A stretch of DNA of 42,580 bases from Fimbriimonadales bacterium (lineage in GTDB: Bacteria > Armatimonadota > Fimbriimonadia > Fimbriimonadales > JABRVX01), in assembly GCA_045862955.1 (NCBI GenBank), contig BTVI01000028.1:1-42580 (forward strand), given 5' to 3'. The translations under genes and the position numbers were made by a program. Below are positions 1 through 9,236 of the stretch, in pieces. Position 1 is the stretch's first letter, and each line of letters opens with the position of its first letter. Below the pieces are notes generated by a model. The model did no database searches. It had not been told where the DNA came from and saw only the letters and a program-made list of their open reading frames with translations.

Positions 1-6
1 TGCGGG

Positions 7-860
7 GTCATGCTTCGACAAGCTCAGCATGACGTAGAGGCTCAGCATGGCGGGCTTCCGATACCACCAAGCGGCAGGCGACGTCAAGCTTCGACAAGCT
101 CAGCCAGACGGTTGCGGGCGGCAGGGTCGGGGTCGGTAGCAGGCGCATGCTTCGACAAGCTCAGCGCTCTATGCCCCGGCCCGCGTCCGCCGGCTAACAG
201 CCACCTCCGGCTCGCCTCGAACCTAAGGACCGCGCCGGGGCAGGGTCGGTGGTGACTGCGGGGTCATGCTTCGACAAGCTCAGCATGACGTAGAGGCTCA
301 GCATGACGGTTGCGGGTGGGCAGCAGGTGCTCTATGCCCCGGCCCGCGTCCGCCGACTAGCAGCTACCTATCGCTCGCCTCGAACCTAAGGACCGCGCCG
401 GGGCAGGGTCGGGGGTGGCTGCGGGGTCATGCTTCGACAAGCTCAGCATGACGTAGAGGCTCAGCATGACGGGCTTCCGATACCACCATGCGGCAGGCGA
501 CGTCATGCTTCGACAAGCTCAGCATGACGGTTGCGGGTGGGCAGCAGGTGCTCTATGCCCCGGCCCGCGTCCGCCGACTAGCAGCCACCTACGGCTCGCC
601 ACGAACCTAAGGACCGCGCCGGGGCAGGGTCGGCGGCAGGCGCATGCTTCGACAAGCTCAGCATGACGTAGAGGCTCAGCATGACGGGCTTCCGATACCA
701 CCATGCGGCAGGCGACGGCATGCTTCGACAAGCTCAGCATGACGTAGAGGCTCAGCATGACGGTTGCGGGTGGGCAGCAGGTGCTCTATGCCCCGGCCCG
801 CGTCCGCCGGCTAACAGCCACCGACGGCATGACCCGAACCCGAGGACCGCGCCGGGGCAT
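7..860. repeat. Mosaic REP-like array (left end)
   Basis: About 8 copies of the core GTCATGCTTCGACAAGCTCAGCATGAC (8-bp terminal inverted repeats; some copies degenerate). About 4 copies of a second module ATGCCCCGGCCCGCGTCCGCCG...GGACCGCGCCGGGGCA. Short linkers recur between them. Confidence 0.93.
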
Positions 861-982
861 CCAAGTCGGAACCTCCGCATCGGCGCAGTAACGAACTCCT
901 TCCGCACGCCCGATGGGGGGAATCCAGTACGCGCCTGCCGGCGGCGCGGGACTGGTAGCATCTCCAAACACCGGAAAGGCGC

Positions 983-1753
983 CTACGGCCGCAGGCCGCG
1001 GGCGAAGCCTTCGGCGAAAGCGCCGAGGTCGCCGGAAGGGTCCTGCTCGGCCAGAGCCTGCACGAAAGCGCTCCCGACGATCGCACCATCCGCGAACTCG
1101 TGCACGGCGGCCACATCCGCAGCCGAGCGAACGCCGAAGCCCACCAATGCCGGAAGCTGGGTGACGCCCCGCACCCGGTCCACCAGGTCGCGCGTCTCGG
1201 ACCATGCTGTCTCTCCCGTTCCGGTCACTCCTGTCCGCGAGACACAGTACACGAACCCTGTCGAGATCTCGCATGCAGCGCGGACGCGGGCATCCGTGGA
1301 GGTCGGCGCAACGAGGAACACGGTGTCGAGCTGATGACGCTCCGCCGCCTCACACCACGGGTGGGCCTCCTCGGGCGTCAGGTCGGTCACGATTACGCCG
1401 TCCGCACCGTGCTGCTTCGCCGCTGCGGCGAACTCGAAGTGCCCCAGGCGCAGCACGGGGTTGTAATAGGTCATTAGGATGATAGGCACATCGGTTTTCG
1501 CGCGCGCACTACGTACGGCTTCCAAGACCGCACCGACCCTGACTCCCCTGTCCAGCGCACGCTGGGACGCCGCTTGAATGACAGGCCCATCCGCGATCGG
1601 GTCGCTGAAGGGGATTCCGACCTCTACCGCATCGGCCCCCCCGCGCGCTAGCCCCGCGACCACGTCGGGCAGGCAATCCAGATTCGGATCGCCTGCGGTA
1701 ACGAAGCAGACCAACGACTTGTTGCCGCCAAGTGCGGACCTCAACCGCGACAT
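983..1753 (-). CDS. trpA: Tryptophan synthase alpha subunit
   Basis: Motifs FVTAGDP, EVGIPFSDPIADGPVIQ, LMTYYNP, VSRTGVTG, GFGV, DGAIVGSA. Start placed at ATG 1753 (MSRLR). Confidence 0.96.
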   Translation of the reverse strand: MSRLRSALGGNKSLVCFVTAGDPNLDCLPDVVAGLARGGADAVEVGIPFSDPIADGPVIQAASQRALDRGVRVGAVLEAVRSARAKTDVPIILMTYYNPVLRLGHFEFAAAAKQHGADGVIVTDLTPEEAHPWCEAAERHQLDTVFLVAPTSTDARVRAACEISTGFVYCVSRTGVTGTGETAWSETRDLVDRVRGVTQLPALVGFGVRSAADVAAVHEFADGAIVGSAFVQALAEQDPSGDLGAFAEGFARGLRP

Positions 1754-1807
1754 CGCCGACCAGTGTACCGGAGAGCCCACCGAGCTGCCGAGAATCTAGA
1801 GCGAAGT

Positions 1808-3301
1808 ATGAAGTTGTGGATGTCGAACCGTATCATAGCGACCCTCGGGTGGGCTGCCATTCTCGCCCCATCGCTCGTGCTGCGCGTCTACCCGGCGGTT
1901 CCGCTCGCAGCGGATGAGAAGGTGTTCGCAGTGGTCGCGAGGCAAATCGCGGCAGGCGCCGTCCTGTACCGCGATGTCTTCGACCATAAAGGTCCGGCGC
2001 TGTACTGGGCGTTCAACGTATGGACCGAGCTGTTCGGCGGGTCTTTCGTCGGCGTACGAGTGGGCAGCGTGTTGGCCTCCGTCGCGCTGCAGCTTGCCGT
2101 GTTCCTGGTGGTTCGCCGGCTGACGGAGCGCCAGGGAACGGCGTTGTTCGCCGCGTTCACCATCGGGCTGGCGGCCTGGGTGACTAACCGCATCTTCGGG
2201 GTCGAGCTTTGGATAGCTGCGTCCGCGGCTGTCGGGCTCGCCCTACTGGTTTGCTCGCGTGGCGCCTTAGCGGCGTTCGTTGCCGGTGCCGCAGTCGGCT
2301 TCGGGGTGATGATTCGCCCGACCGCGCTGGTGGATGCACTCGCGGTCGGACTCGTAGCGGCAGGGATTGCACAGGGGCATCGGCCGAAGCGCGTGATCGC
2401 CTATTGCGCAGGGCTGGCTGTATGCTGCGCAGCGTTCTTCTGGCCGATAGTCCGCGCGGGGGCGGGAGCCGACGCTATCTACGCATTGTTCACGTTCAAC
2501 TCGTACTACTCGTCCGTTGTTCCCTTGGATGGCGTACTCGTGGTGACGCTGGGGCGGTGGCTCGCGGTGCAGCTCGTGGTCTGCGCCTTCCTCTGGGTCC
2601 CGACGCTCGGCACGCTGTTGCGGCTTCCAGAGGATGCCGAGCAGCGGCGATGGGTACGGCTGTTGCTTTTTTGGACAGTGCTCGGGATTGCGAGCTCACT
2701 GCTCGGCAGGCGTCCCTTCAACCACTACCTCCTGCAGCCCTACCTTCCGATGAGCATTCTCGCCGGACTGTGGCTTGCGAGCCTACGCGTTCCGCTCCCT
2801 TCGCTGACCCCGAGAGCCGTAGTCGCAGTGTCGTGTGGATGGTTGACGATTTCGAGCGGCCTGGCATGGGTGCACGTGAACAAGATCCGCGCCCCGCAAC
2901 TGGCCTATGCAGAGGCGGAACGACAGGTTGCCGAGAGGGTGGATCGGGTGACCTCCCGAGACGACAGAGTGTACGTATGGGGAAACGCCACCAATATCTA
3001 CTTCTTCTCCGAGCGCGCCCCCGCCACGAGGTATCTCTACTACCCGCCGTTTCGGGGAGCGGAAGTCCCCCCTCCCTTCGAAGCCGCGTATTGGCGAGAC
3101 TGGATAGCGCGATTCGACGATGCGAGACCCGCTGTCGTGGTGGACTGCTCCGGGTCACAGTGGAACGATCTACCGTGGCTCGATCCGGAGCGGAACCACG
3201 CCTTTGCAGAGCGACTCCATAGCCAATACGAGCCCATCGCAACACTTCAGGGCTTCCGAATCTATGCCCTGCGAGACAGGCGCAACGCGGAGCTACGTTG
3301 A
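1808..3301 (+). CDS. Polytopic membrane protein, ArnT/GT39 (GT-C fold) glycosyltransferase-like
   Basis: DE motif after the first TM helix, LYRDVFDHKGP motif, many TM helices, FNHYLLQ, and a C-terminal soluble domain (VYVWG...YF). Confidence 0.75.
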   Translation: MKLWMSNRIIATLGWAAILAPSLVLRVYPAVPLAADEKVFAVVARQIAAGAVLYRDVFDHKGPALYWAFNVWTELFGGSFVGVRVGSVLASVALQLAVFLVVRRLTERQGTALFAAFTIGLAAWVTNRIFGVELWIAASAAVGLALLVCSRGALAAFVAGAAVGFGVMIRPTALVDALAVGLVAAGIAQGHRPKRVIAYCAGLAVCCAAFFWPIVRAGAGADAIYALFTFNSYYSSVVPLDGVLVVTLGRWLAVQLVVCAFLWVPTLGTLLRLPEDAEQRRWVRLLLFWTVLGIASSLLGRRPFNHYLLQPYLPMSILAGLWLASLRVPLPSLTPRAVVAVSCGWLTISSGLAWVHVNKIRAPQLAYAEAERQVAERVDRVTSRDDRVYVWGNATNIYFFSERAPATRYLYYPPFRGAEVPPPFEAAYWRDWIARFDDARPAVVVDCSGSQWNDLPWLDPERNHAFAERLHSQYEPIATLQGFRIYALRDRRNAELR

Positions 3302-3326
3302 TTCGGCCGTTCGCGTAAGCTATACT
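3298..3326 (+). promoter_or_regulatory. Sigma70-type promoter of the efp operon
   Basis: TTGATT-17 bp-TATACT about 50 bp upstream of the efp ATG. Confidence 0.6.
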
Positions 3327-3376
3327 CCTGGCCGAAGGTGCTGCGCGCACCGCGATCGGGAGGCACACGCTTTTCC

Positions 3377-3937
3377 ATGGATACGAGCGATTTCAGGAAC
3401 GGCCTGCACATCTATCTGGACGGACAAATCTTCACCATCATCGAGTTTCAGCACGTCAAGCCTGGCAAGGGAGGCGCCTTCGTCCGCACCAAACTCAAAA
3501 ACCTCCGAACGGGCGGTGTCGTGGACAAGACCTTCCGTGCCGGCGAGCGGGTGGAGCAGGCGTTCCTTTCCAAGAAGCCCATGCAGTACCTGTATCGCTC
3601 CGGCGACGAACTCACCCTCATGGATCTGGACACCTACGAGCAGACCGCATTCCCGGAATCCGTCTTCGGCGACGGCATTCGCTTCCTCAAGGAGGAGATG
3701 CAGGTGCTGGTTCTGGATGTGGACGGCGAAGTGATAGGAGTGGAGCTTCCGAACTCGGTAGAGCTAGAGGTGGTAGAGACGGACCCCAGCTTCCGGGGCG
3801 ATACGGTATCCGGGTCCTCCAAACCCGCCACATTGGAGACGGGCGCAAAGGTCAACGTGCCGTTCCACATCAACGTAGGCGACCTGATTCGCATAGATAC
3901 ACGAAGCGGCGAGTATTTGGAGCGCGTCAAGAAGTAG
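3377..3937 (+). CDS. efp: Elongation factor P
   Basis: HVKPGKGGAFVRTKL loop, RGDTVSG, KPATLETG, VPFHI, DTRSGEY. GGGAGG RBS upstream. Confidence 0.98.
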   Translation: MDTSDFRNGLHIYLDGQIFTIIEFQHVKPGKGGAFVRTKLKNLRTGGVVDKTFRAGERVEQAFLSKKPMQYLYRSGDELTLMDLDTYEQTAFPESVFGDGIRFLKEEMQVLVLDVDGEVIGVELPNSVELEVVETDPSFRGDTVSGSSKPATLETGAKVNVPFHINVGDLIRIDTRSGEYLERVKK

Positions 3938-3967
3938 GACGTCGCACAAAAGAAGGGGGAATCGCCG

Positions 3968-5095
3968 GTGCGCAGACCGATCGACCCGCTGGTTCCGGAT
4001 AATCAGTTCCGTCGTTTCGTGGACGACTGGGCACCCAGAGTGCTGGGGCTCGGGATCGTTCTCACGCTGATTGTGTTCGGATACCTGATCTATGCTTCCA
4101 TCAGCTTCGGCTCTTCCACCGCGGGCAACCTAACGGTCGATGACGTCGCCCGCCTGCAGAACTCGCTGAAGATCGCAGGCACGTGGTCCATCATCGCGCT
4201 GCTCATCCTCAGCCTAGGCATGATCCTGATGTACGCCGAAGAGGGCTCCACCGGCCCGCTTCTCTTGCTGTTCGGGGCCGTGATCTATTGGGGCATTCCG
4301 ATGTTCATCATCATGTCCCAGGGCGGACAAGATCCGGGGAACAAGGAGCTTTTCGATCAGGCGCTCGGCACTATTCGGCAGGGCACGCTCGCGGTGGTAG
4401 TTCCGGGGTTGCTGATGTCGGTGATCACCGTCGCGCTGAATACCGGGCGGCGCGGTACCGTCGGCGTCCGCAAGGACCAGATGCAGTACGGGAAAGAGGT
4501 CAAGGAAGAGCCGGAAGTGGTCAACCGCTTCATGGGCAAGTGTTGGCAGCTTCCGTACTGCCGAAAGTTCATCCGAGTCAAGTGCCCTATCTACTTGAGC
4601 AGACGATGCTGTTGGCGCGAGCGCGTCGGCTGCATGTGCGAAGAGAAGGTGATCAGTCAGGCACTGGAGGGCACGGTCATCATACCGAAAGACCCCGTCG
4701 CTGCGGCGCAATACATCCCCTACAACAAGAAACTCACGCCAGCAGAAAAGGCGGAACGATGCCGGAACTGCGTGATTTACAACGAGCACCAGCGGCACAA
4801 GTACCGTTTATTGGTTCCGCTCGTCCTGCTCGGTACGATTGGACCGGTCGTGTACTGGCACGGGCAGTTCACCGAATGGACCGGGCTGCTGCTGATGCGC
4901 CTGGACAGCATCTTCGGAAGGTTTTCGGTGGCGTCGGTCGGGTTGGTCGAGGCGGAGCCTGGCTCTCAGACCATTTTGGAGGCGTTCCGCACCACCCCTA
5001 TCGCGGTGCAAATCCTGCTGGTGAGCGCGGTGATGCTCGTGCTCGCCTACGCCCTGCGCCTTATCGAGTATGCTTTGTTCAAGTGGAAGATATGA
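3968..5095 (+). CDS. Membrane protein with a Cys-rich soluble domain, function unknown
   Basis: About 4 N-terminal and 2 C-terminal TM helices flank CWQLPYC-x7-CP-x6-CCW-x5-CMC...CRNCVIY. AAGGGGG RBS before the GTG. Confidence 0.8.
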   Translation: MRRPIDPLVPDNQFRRFVDDWAPRVLGLGIVLTLIVFGYLIYASISFGSSTAGNLTVDDVARLQNSLKIAGTWSIIALLILSLGMILMYAEEGSTGPLLLLFGAVIYWGIPMFIIMSQGGQDPGNKELFDQALGTIRQGTLAVVVPGLLMSVITVALNTGRRGTVGVRKDQMQYGKEVKEEPEVVNRFMGKCWQLPYCRKFIRVKCPIYLSRRCCWRERVGCMCEEKVISQALEGTVIIPKDPVAAAQYIPYNKKLTPAEKAERCRNCVIYNEHQRHKYRLLVPLVLLGTIGPVVYWHGQFTEWTGLLLMRLDSIFGRFSVASVGLVEAEPGSQTILEAFRTTPIAVQILLVSAVMLVLAYALRLIEYALFKWKI

Positions 5096-5508
5096 AGCGG
5101 CCCGACATCATGCAGTTGGACGAGTTGCTCGCGGCGATAGTGGCCGCCGACCTCTCGGAGGCGGAGGTCGAGGTCGGCGAAGTTTGCGTCACTGCCGAGA
5201 GGGTCAGAACGGGGCGGGTCGAGGGTATCGAAGTCGGCAAGCCCGAACCGGCCGAAGCCGCTCCCACGTTCCACGAGGTGAGAGCCACGCTCGTGGGCTA
5301 CTATCGGGCCCCGGAGCCTCCGATGACGCCGGGGCAGAGCGTATCGGCCGGCACTCTCTTGGGGAGCATCGTATCGCTCGGTCTTGCCAACGAAGTGCGC
5401 TCCGATACAGATGGAACCGTTGTAAGTGTCGCGGTTGCAGACGGTCAGCCCGTCGAGTACGGACAGATCCTCGTGAGCATCGCACCGAAGGAGGAGTCGG
5501 CAGAATGA
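5092..5508 (+). CDS. Biotin carboxyl carrier protein (AccB)-like protein lacking the biotinylated lysine
   Basis: AccB architecture: N-terminal association segment, Pro/Ala linker, VRATLVGYYRAP, NEVRS..GTVV, GQPVEYGQ. The EAMKM site reads VSLGL. ATG overlaps the upstream TGA (ATGA). Confidence 0.85.
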   Translation: MKRPDIMQLDELLAAIVAADLSEAEVEVGEVCVTAERVRTGRVEGIEVGKPEPAEAAPTFHEVRATLVGYYRAPEPPMTPGQSVSAGTLLGSIVSLGLANEVRSDTDGTVVSVAVADGQPVEYGQILVSIAPKEESAE

Positions 5509-5879
5509 GAGAGCAGGGATTCTCGCTGATCGGTTCCATAATCGTGGTTGCGCTCGTGTTGGTGTTAGCCCTGTTCTTCATCTACGGCAGTCCGCTCTGG
5601 GAGAAGCGAGAGCCACAGCGCGCCGACAAGCGCGACACAAACGTCATCACTGGCTCGAAGGCACGCGCGAACGATGCGGTGTGCATGAACGGACTACGTC
5701 AGGTGCGCTACGCGATTGACATGGAAAAGATGTCGAGCGGCGCGCCGCCGGCCAGTCTCCAGTCCCTATCCGGGGTGCCCAAGGAGATGCTGGTGTGCCC
5801 TATCGGCGGCGAGCCATATCAGTATGACCCTGGCTCCGGGACGGTCCGCTGCCCGCATCCGGGGCACGAACGTTACTAA
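5505..5879 (+). CDS. Small type IV pilin/pseudopilin-like protein
   Basis: MREQG|FSLIGSIIVVALVLVL class III signal-like N-terminus and C-terminal CPIGGEPY...CPHPGH. GAGGAG RBS and ATGA overlap with the previous gene. Confidence 0.75.
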   Translation: MREQGFSLIGSIIVVALVLVLALFFIYGSPLWEKREPQRADKRDTNVITGSKARANDAVCMNGLRQVRYAIDMEKMSSGAPPASLQSLSGVPKEMLVCPIGGEPYQYDPGSGTVRCPHPGHERY

Positions 5880-7156
5880 CGCGCCTGCACGGTCACGATG
5901 TGCGCGTGCTCTTTCAGCAGGTCGGCGACCTTTCGGAATAGAGCTCGGAAGCGCACCTCGTCCATCCCGTCCTGCTTCTGAATCTCCCTCCGTGCCACTT
6001 CGAAGGAGACACGCGCCCGATCGGCAAGGCGTCGAATCTGATAGTCCAAGTCCTCTTGGGTCAGTTCGATCTGTTCCGCCTCTGCGATATCGCGAATGAG
6101 CAGTGCGCGCTTCACCTGCATCTGCGCGTCCGCAGCCACCCGCGCGCGGAGTTCCTCCACCGAGATTCCCTCTGCTGCCGCCAGCGCCTCGAAGCTGCTG
6201 TTGTTGCGAGCTTGCTCCTGCTCGATCTCGGCGATCCGCTCTTGGTACACGCTCTCCCACATGCTATCCGGGATCTCGACCGTGGAGTTCTCGAGGAGTC
6301 GAGTGAACAGCTGCTCGGTCACCTGTTCATCGGCCATGGCTTCCTTGATGGCGCCGATGGTCCCGCGGATCTCGGCACGGAGCGCCTCGATGCTCTCCCG
6401 CTTCATCGCCTTGGCAAACTCGTCGTCTGCTGCCGGCATCTCGACCTTGGAGAGCGACTCCATTCGCACGGTGCAGTCCATCAGCTTTCCCGCCCAGTTC
6501 GCGCCTTCCTCGAAGTCGTTGGGGAAGGTGAGTGAGGCCGACTTCTCCTCTCCTGGCCTCATGCCTACTAATAGCTGGTCGAGCTGGCCAAAGGTCTGCC
6601 CCACGATGACCATGAACCGCTTCGTCTCTTCGTTTTCTAGGGAGGTGATGTCGAGAACCGCGAGGTCTCCCGACTCCGCCGGTCTGTCGAGGGGGATCTG
6701 CTTGGCACGGCGCCTACGCATCTCGGCCAGCTCGCGCTCCACCTCCTCGTCGGTCGGCGTCGGGTCCGGCCGCTGTGCCGAGAGGCCCTTGTACTCACCG
6801 AGCTGCACCTTTGGGGCGAGCCCGACCTTAGCGGTGAAGCGGCAGGCTACGCCCTCCTCGAACACGTCCAGCTGGAGCGATGGGGCCCCGTAGGGCTCGA
6901 GCCCCGCTTCCTCTACGGCTTCTCTGTAGGCCTGCGGAACCAACTGCTCGGCTGCGCGCCGATACAGATCATCCTTAGGGACCATCTGGTCCACGAAGTA
7001 TGCGGGGGCCTTGCCAGGACGAAAGCCTGGCACGCGAAGTTGCTTGGCGATCTGCCTGCGCGCCTGCTGAACGGCTTCCTGCACTCGATCCGCTTCGACC
7101 TCGACGGTCATCTTCACGGTGCAGGGGTTCAATTGTTCCTGTTCCAGTATTCTCAC
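5876..7156 (-). CDS. tig: Trigger factor
   Basis: VPGFRPGKAP ribosome-binding signature, FKBP-like middle domain and helical C-domain. GTG at 7156 with GGAGA RBS. Confidence 0.95.
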   Translation of the reverse strand: MRILEQEQLNPCTVKMTVEVEADRVQEAVQQARRQIAKQLRVPGFRPGKAPAYFVDQMVPKDDLYRRAAEQLVPQAYREAVEEAGLEPYGAPSLQLDVFEEGVACRFTAKVGLAPKVQLGEYKGLSAQRPDPTPTDEEVERELAEMRRRRAKQIPLDRPAESGDLAVLDITSLENEETKRFMVIVGQTFGQLDQLLVGMRPGEEKSASLTFPNDFEEGANWAGKLMDCTVRMESLSKVEMPAADDEFAKAMKRESIEALRAEIRGTIGAIKEAMADEQVTEQLFTRLLENSTVEIPDSMWESVYQERIAEIEQEQARNNSSFEALAAAEGISVEELRARVAADAQMQVKRALLIRDIAEAEQIELTQEDLDYQIRRLADRARVSFEVARREIQKQDGMDEVRFRALFRKVADLLKEHAHIVTVQAR

Positions 7157-7371
7157 GGGCTCTCCTAGCGGAAAGGGCACACACGCCGAAGCCACGCTGC
7201 CGGCGGGTTGGAATGGCGACTCTACCCTACCGGGGGGAGGGCCTGCCATGGAACGGCAGTATGCGGGTATTGCCTATGTACAACCTGCTCGGTCTCCGAT
7301 GATTCGAATTAGGGTCTGTGCGTACCGCGCGCGCTCGAATCGGGCACGTAGCCCGAGCTCGGGGGAGTAGA

Positions 7372-9210
7372 TTGAGCATCACTCGAAAATTCGCTGTGTA
7401 CGGTGCCGTCGTGGCGCTGCTAATCTCCGCCATCTTCTGCGCAGTCTTTCTCCAGATGGCCGCAACCAGCATCGGAGCGCTGCTTTCCCCACTCATCGTG
7501 GTGACGATCCTCAGTTGTGGGATCGGCGCGGTCGTGGGATGGCGGCTCGCCCGGGAGATTTGCGGGCCCATCCGGCAAATGACGCGATGCGTCGAGGCCT
7601 TCACACGGGGTGAGATTGACGACGATGTGCCGACGGCCTCGACGGGTGAGCTGGGGGAGCTGGCAGAGAGTGTGCGGAGCGCGATTGGGTACGCCAAGCG
7701 GATCGCCGGCCAGGCTCGGCACATCGGCGAAGGCGACCTCTCGGGCGAGATGCTGCCCCAGTCGGAGCGCGACGAGATCGGCTCTGCTTTCGCCTCGATC
7801 CTCCGTGGGTTCCGAGAGTACGTAGTGCGGCAGATCGAAGAAGCGAACGATCTCGCGGTGAGCGCGAGTTCGTTGGCCTATGCTGCACGGACGTCGTCCG
7901 AGTCGATTCGCCGAACGGCTGAGGCTGCCGACGAGGTGGCGCAGGCATCGCGCGAGACCGCCAAGGTGACCGAGCAGATCGCGGCGGGTGCACAGAGCCA
8001 GGCTGCGAGCTCGGCCGAGGCGGTGGTACTGGCCGCCAAGTCCGTAGACTCTGCTTGCAGCGTGAGCAAGTCTGCCGAGGAAGTCGCTGAAGTGGCGGAG
8101 GCCACCCGACGCGCAGCCAATGTGGGTACGGATGCCGTCGAGCGCACGGTTGCCGGCATGATGCGTATTCGGGATACGGTTCAGGAAGCGTCCGCGCGGG
8201 TTCGCGAACTGGGGGTACGAGGCGAGCAGATCGGCACCATCACCAGCACGATTGACGACATCGCCTCCCAGACGAACCTGCTGGCGCTGAATGCCGCCAT
8301 CGAGGCCGCTCGGGCCGGCGAGCAGGGCCGCGGGTTCGCGGTGGTGGCGGAAGAGGTTCGCAAGCTGGCGGTGCGAAGCACACAGGCAACCAAAGAGATC
8401 GCGGAACTAGTCGCCGGGGTTCAGGCGAGCGTCAACGAGGTAGTCGCTGCGATGGATGCGGGCAACAGGGAGATCGAAGCCGGAGCCGAGGTCGCCGTAT
8501 CTGCCGGAGAAGCGCTTCAACAGATCCGCTCTGAAGCGGACCGGGTCGCAGAGCGCGCCCGCGCCATCCTGGATGCCGCCGAGAGCATGACGAACAATGT
8601 GAGCGCCTCCTGCCAAGCGCTCGAGCATATGGCCGCTATCGCCGAAGAGAACAGCGCCTCTGCCCAGGAGATGTCCGCTGGAATGCAGCAGGTGAAGGCG
8701 GCGATCGACACCGTAGCGGAGAACATCGCCCGTCAGACGCAGACCACCGCAGAGGTTGCTGAGAACGCCGCGCACATGGACCGTATGGCCACCGAGATGC
8801 GGGAGCAGATGCGACGCTTCCGCCTGGGGTCTGCGACACTGCGGGTGGCCGCAAGCGATCACCAAGCACGCATTCAGCGGCTGCGCGAGATCGTAGCAAG
8901 GTGCACAGAATTCCGCCCGGGGGACTTCAGCGCAGATAAGGGGTGCAGGCTGGACGAATGGCTTCAAGGGGAAGGCGCGGAGCAATTCGGCAAGCACCCG
9001 GCGTTCCAGTCCGTAGCGCGGTCCCACTCGGAGTTGCATGGCCTAGTGCGGGACTGTGTCCACTGTCTCGAGGCAGGTGACCGGGATGGTGCGGCGCGAT
9101 TGATGGTTCGAGTCGAGCAAGTCGCTCAAGAGCTACAGTACGCGTTGGCATCTTTGGGCAGCGGGGTCGAGGGCGCGAAGTCGGAGCAGCACCTGCGAAT
9201 TGCAGCGTAG
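7372..9210 (+). CDS. Methyl-accepting chemotaxis protein with HAMP and C-terminal CZB domain
   Basis: [37 protein letters not shown] signalling hairpin. Two closely spaced TM helices. C-terminal DH...CRLDEWL...HSELH. TTG start after GGGGGAG. Confidence 0.93.
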   Translation: MSITRKFAVYGAVVALLISAIFCAVFLQMAATSIGALLSPLIVVTILSCGIGAVVGWRLAREICGPIRQMTRCVEAFTRGEIDDDVPTASTGELGELAESVRSAIGYAKRIAGQARHIGEGDLSGEMLPQSERDEIGSAFASILRGFREYVVRQIEEANDLAVSASSLAYAARTSSESIRRTAEAADEVAQASRETAKVTEQIAAGAQSQAASSAEAVVLAAKSVDSACSVSKSAEEVAEVAEATRRAANVGTDAVERTVAGMMRIRDTVQEASARVRELGVRGEQIGTITSTIDDIASQTNLLALNAAIEAARAGEQGRGFAVVAEEVRKLAVRSTQATKEIAELVAGVQASVNEVVAAMDAGNREIEAGAEVAVSAGEALQQIRSEADRVAERARAILDAAESMTNNVSASCQALEHMAAIAEENSASAQEMSAGMQQVKAAIDTVAENIARQTQTTAEVAENAAHMDRMATEMREQMRRFRLGSATLRVAASDHQARIQRLREIVARCTEFRPGDFSADKGCRLDEWLQGEGAEQFGKHPAFQSVARSHSELHGLVRDCVHCLEAGDRDGAARLMVRVEQVAQELQYALASLGSGVEGAKSEQHLRIAA

Positions 9211-9236
9211 CCCTTCCACGCCTCAGACCCCGGCGC

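Noticed and set aside
7..860. CRISPR array
   Set aside because: Sequences between the 27-bp repeats are themselves repeated and vary widely in length. Other loci have both orientations, and there are no cas genes or leader.
10..860. Short ORFs beginning MLRQAQHD or MLSLSKH (also at 17.5, 34.1 and 41-42.5 kb)
   Set aside because: They are translations of the palindromic repeat, with no RBS or protein-like content.
4183..5091. 441-aa ORF as a long AccB fusion
   Set aside because: The N-terminal extension is an off-frame overlap with the membrane protein gene. The plausible start is ATG 5092.
7270..7305. Sigma28 promoter for the chemoreceptor (TCCGATGA)
   Set aside because: A -10-like octamer is present, but there is no convincing TAAA -35 at the right spacing.
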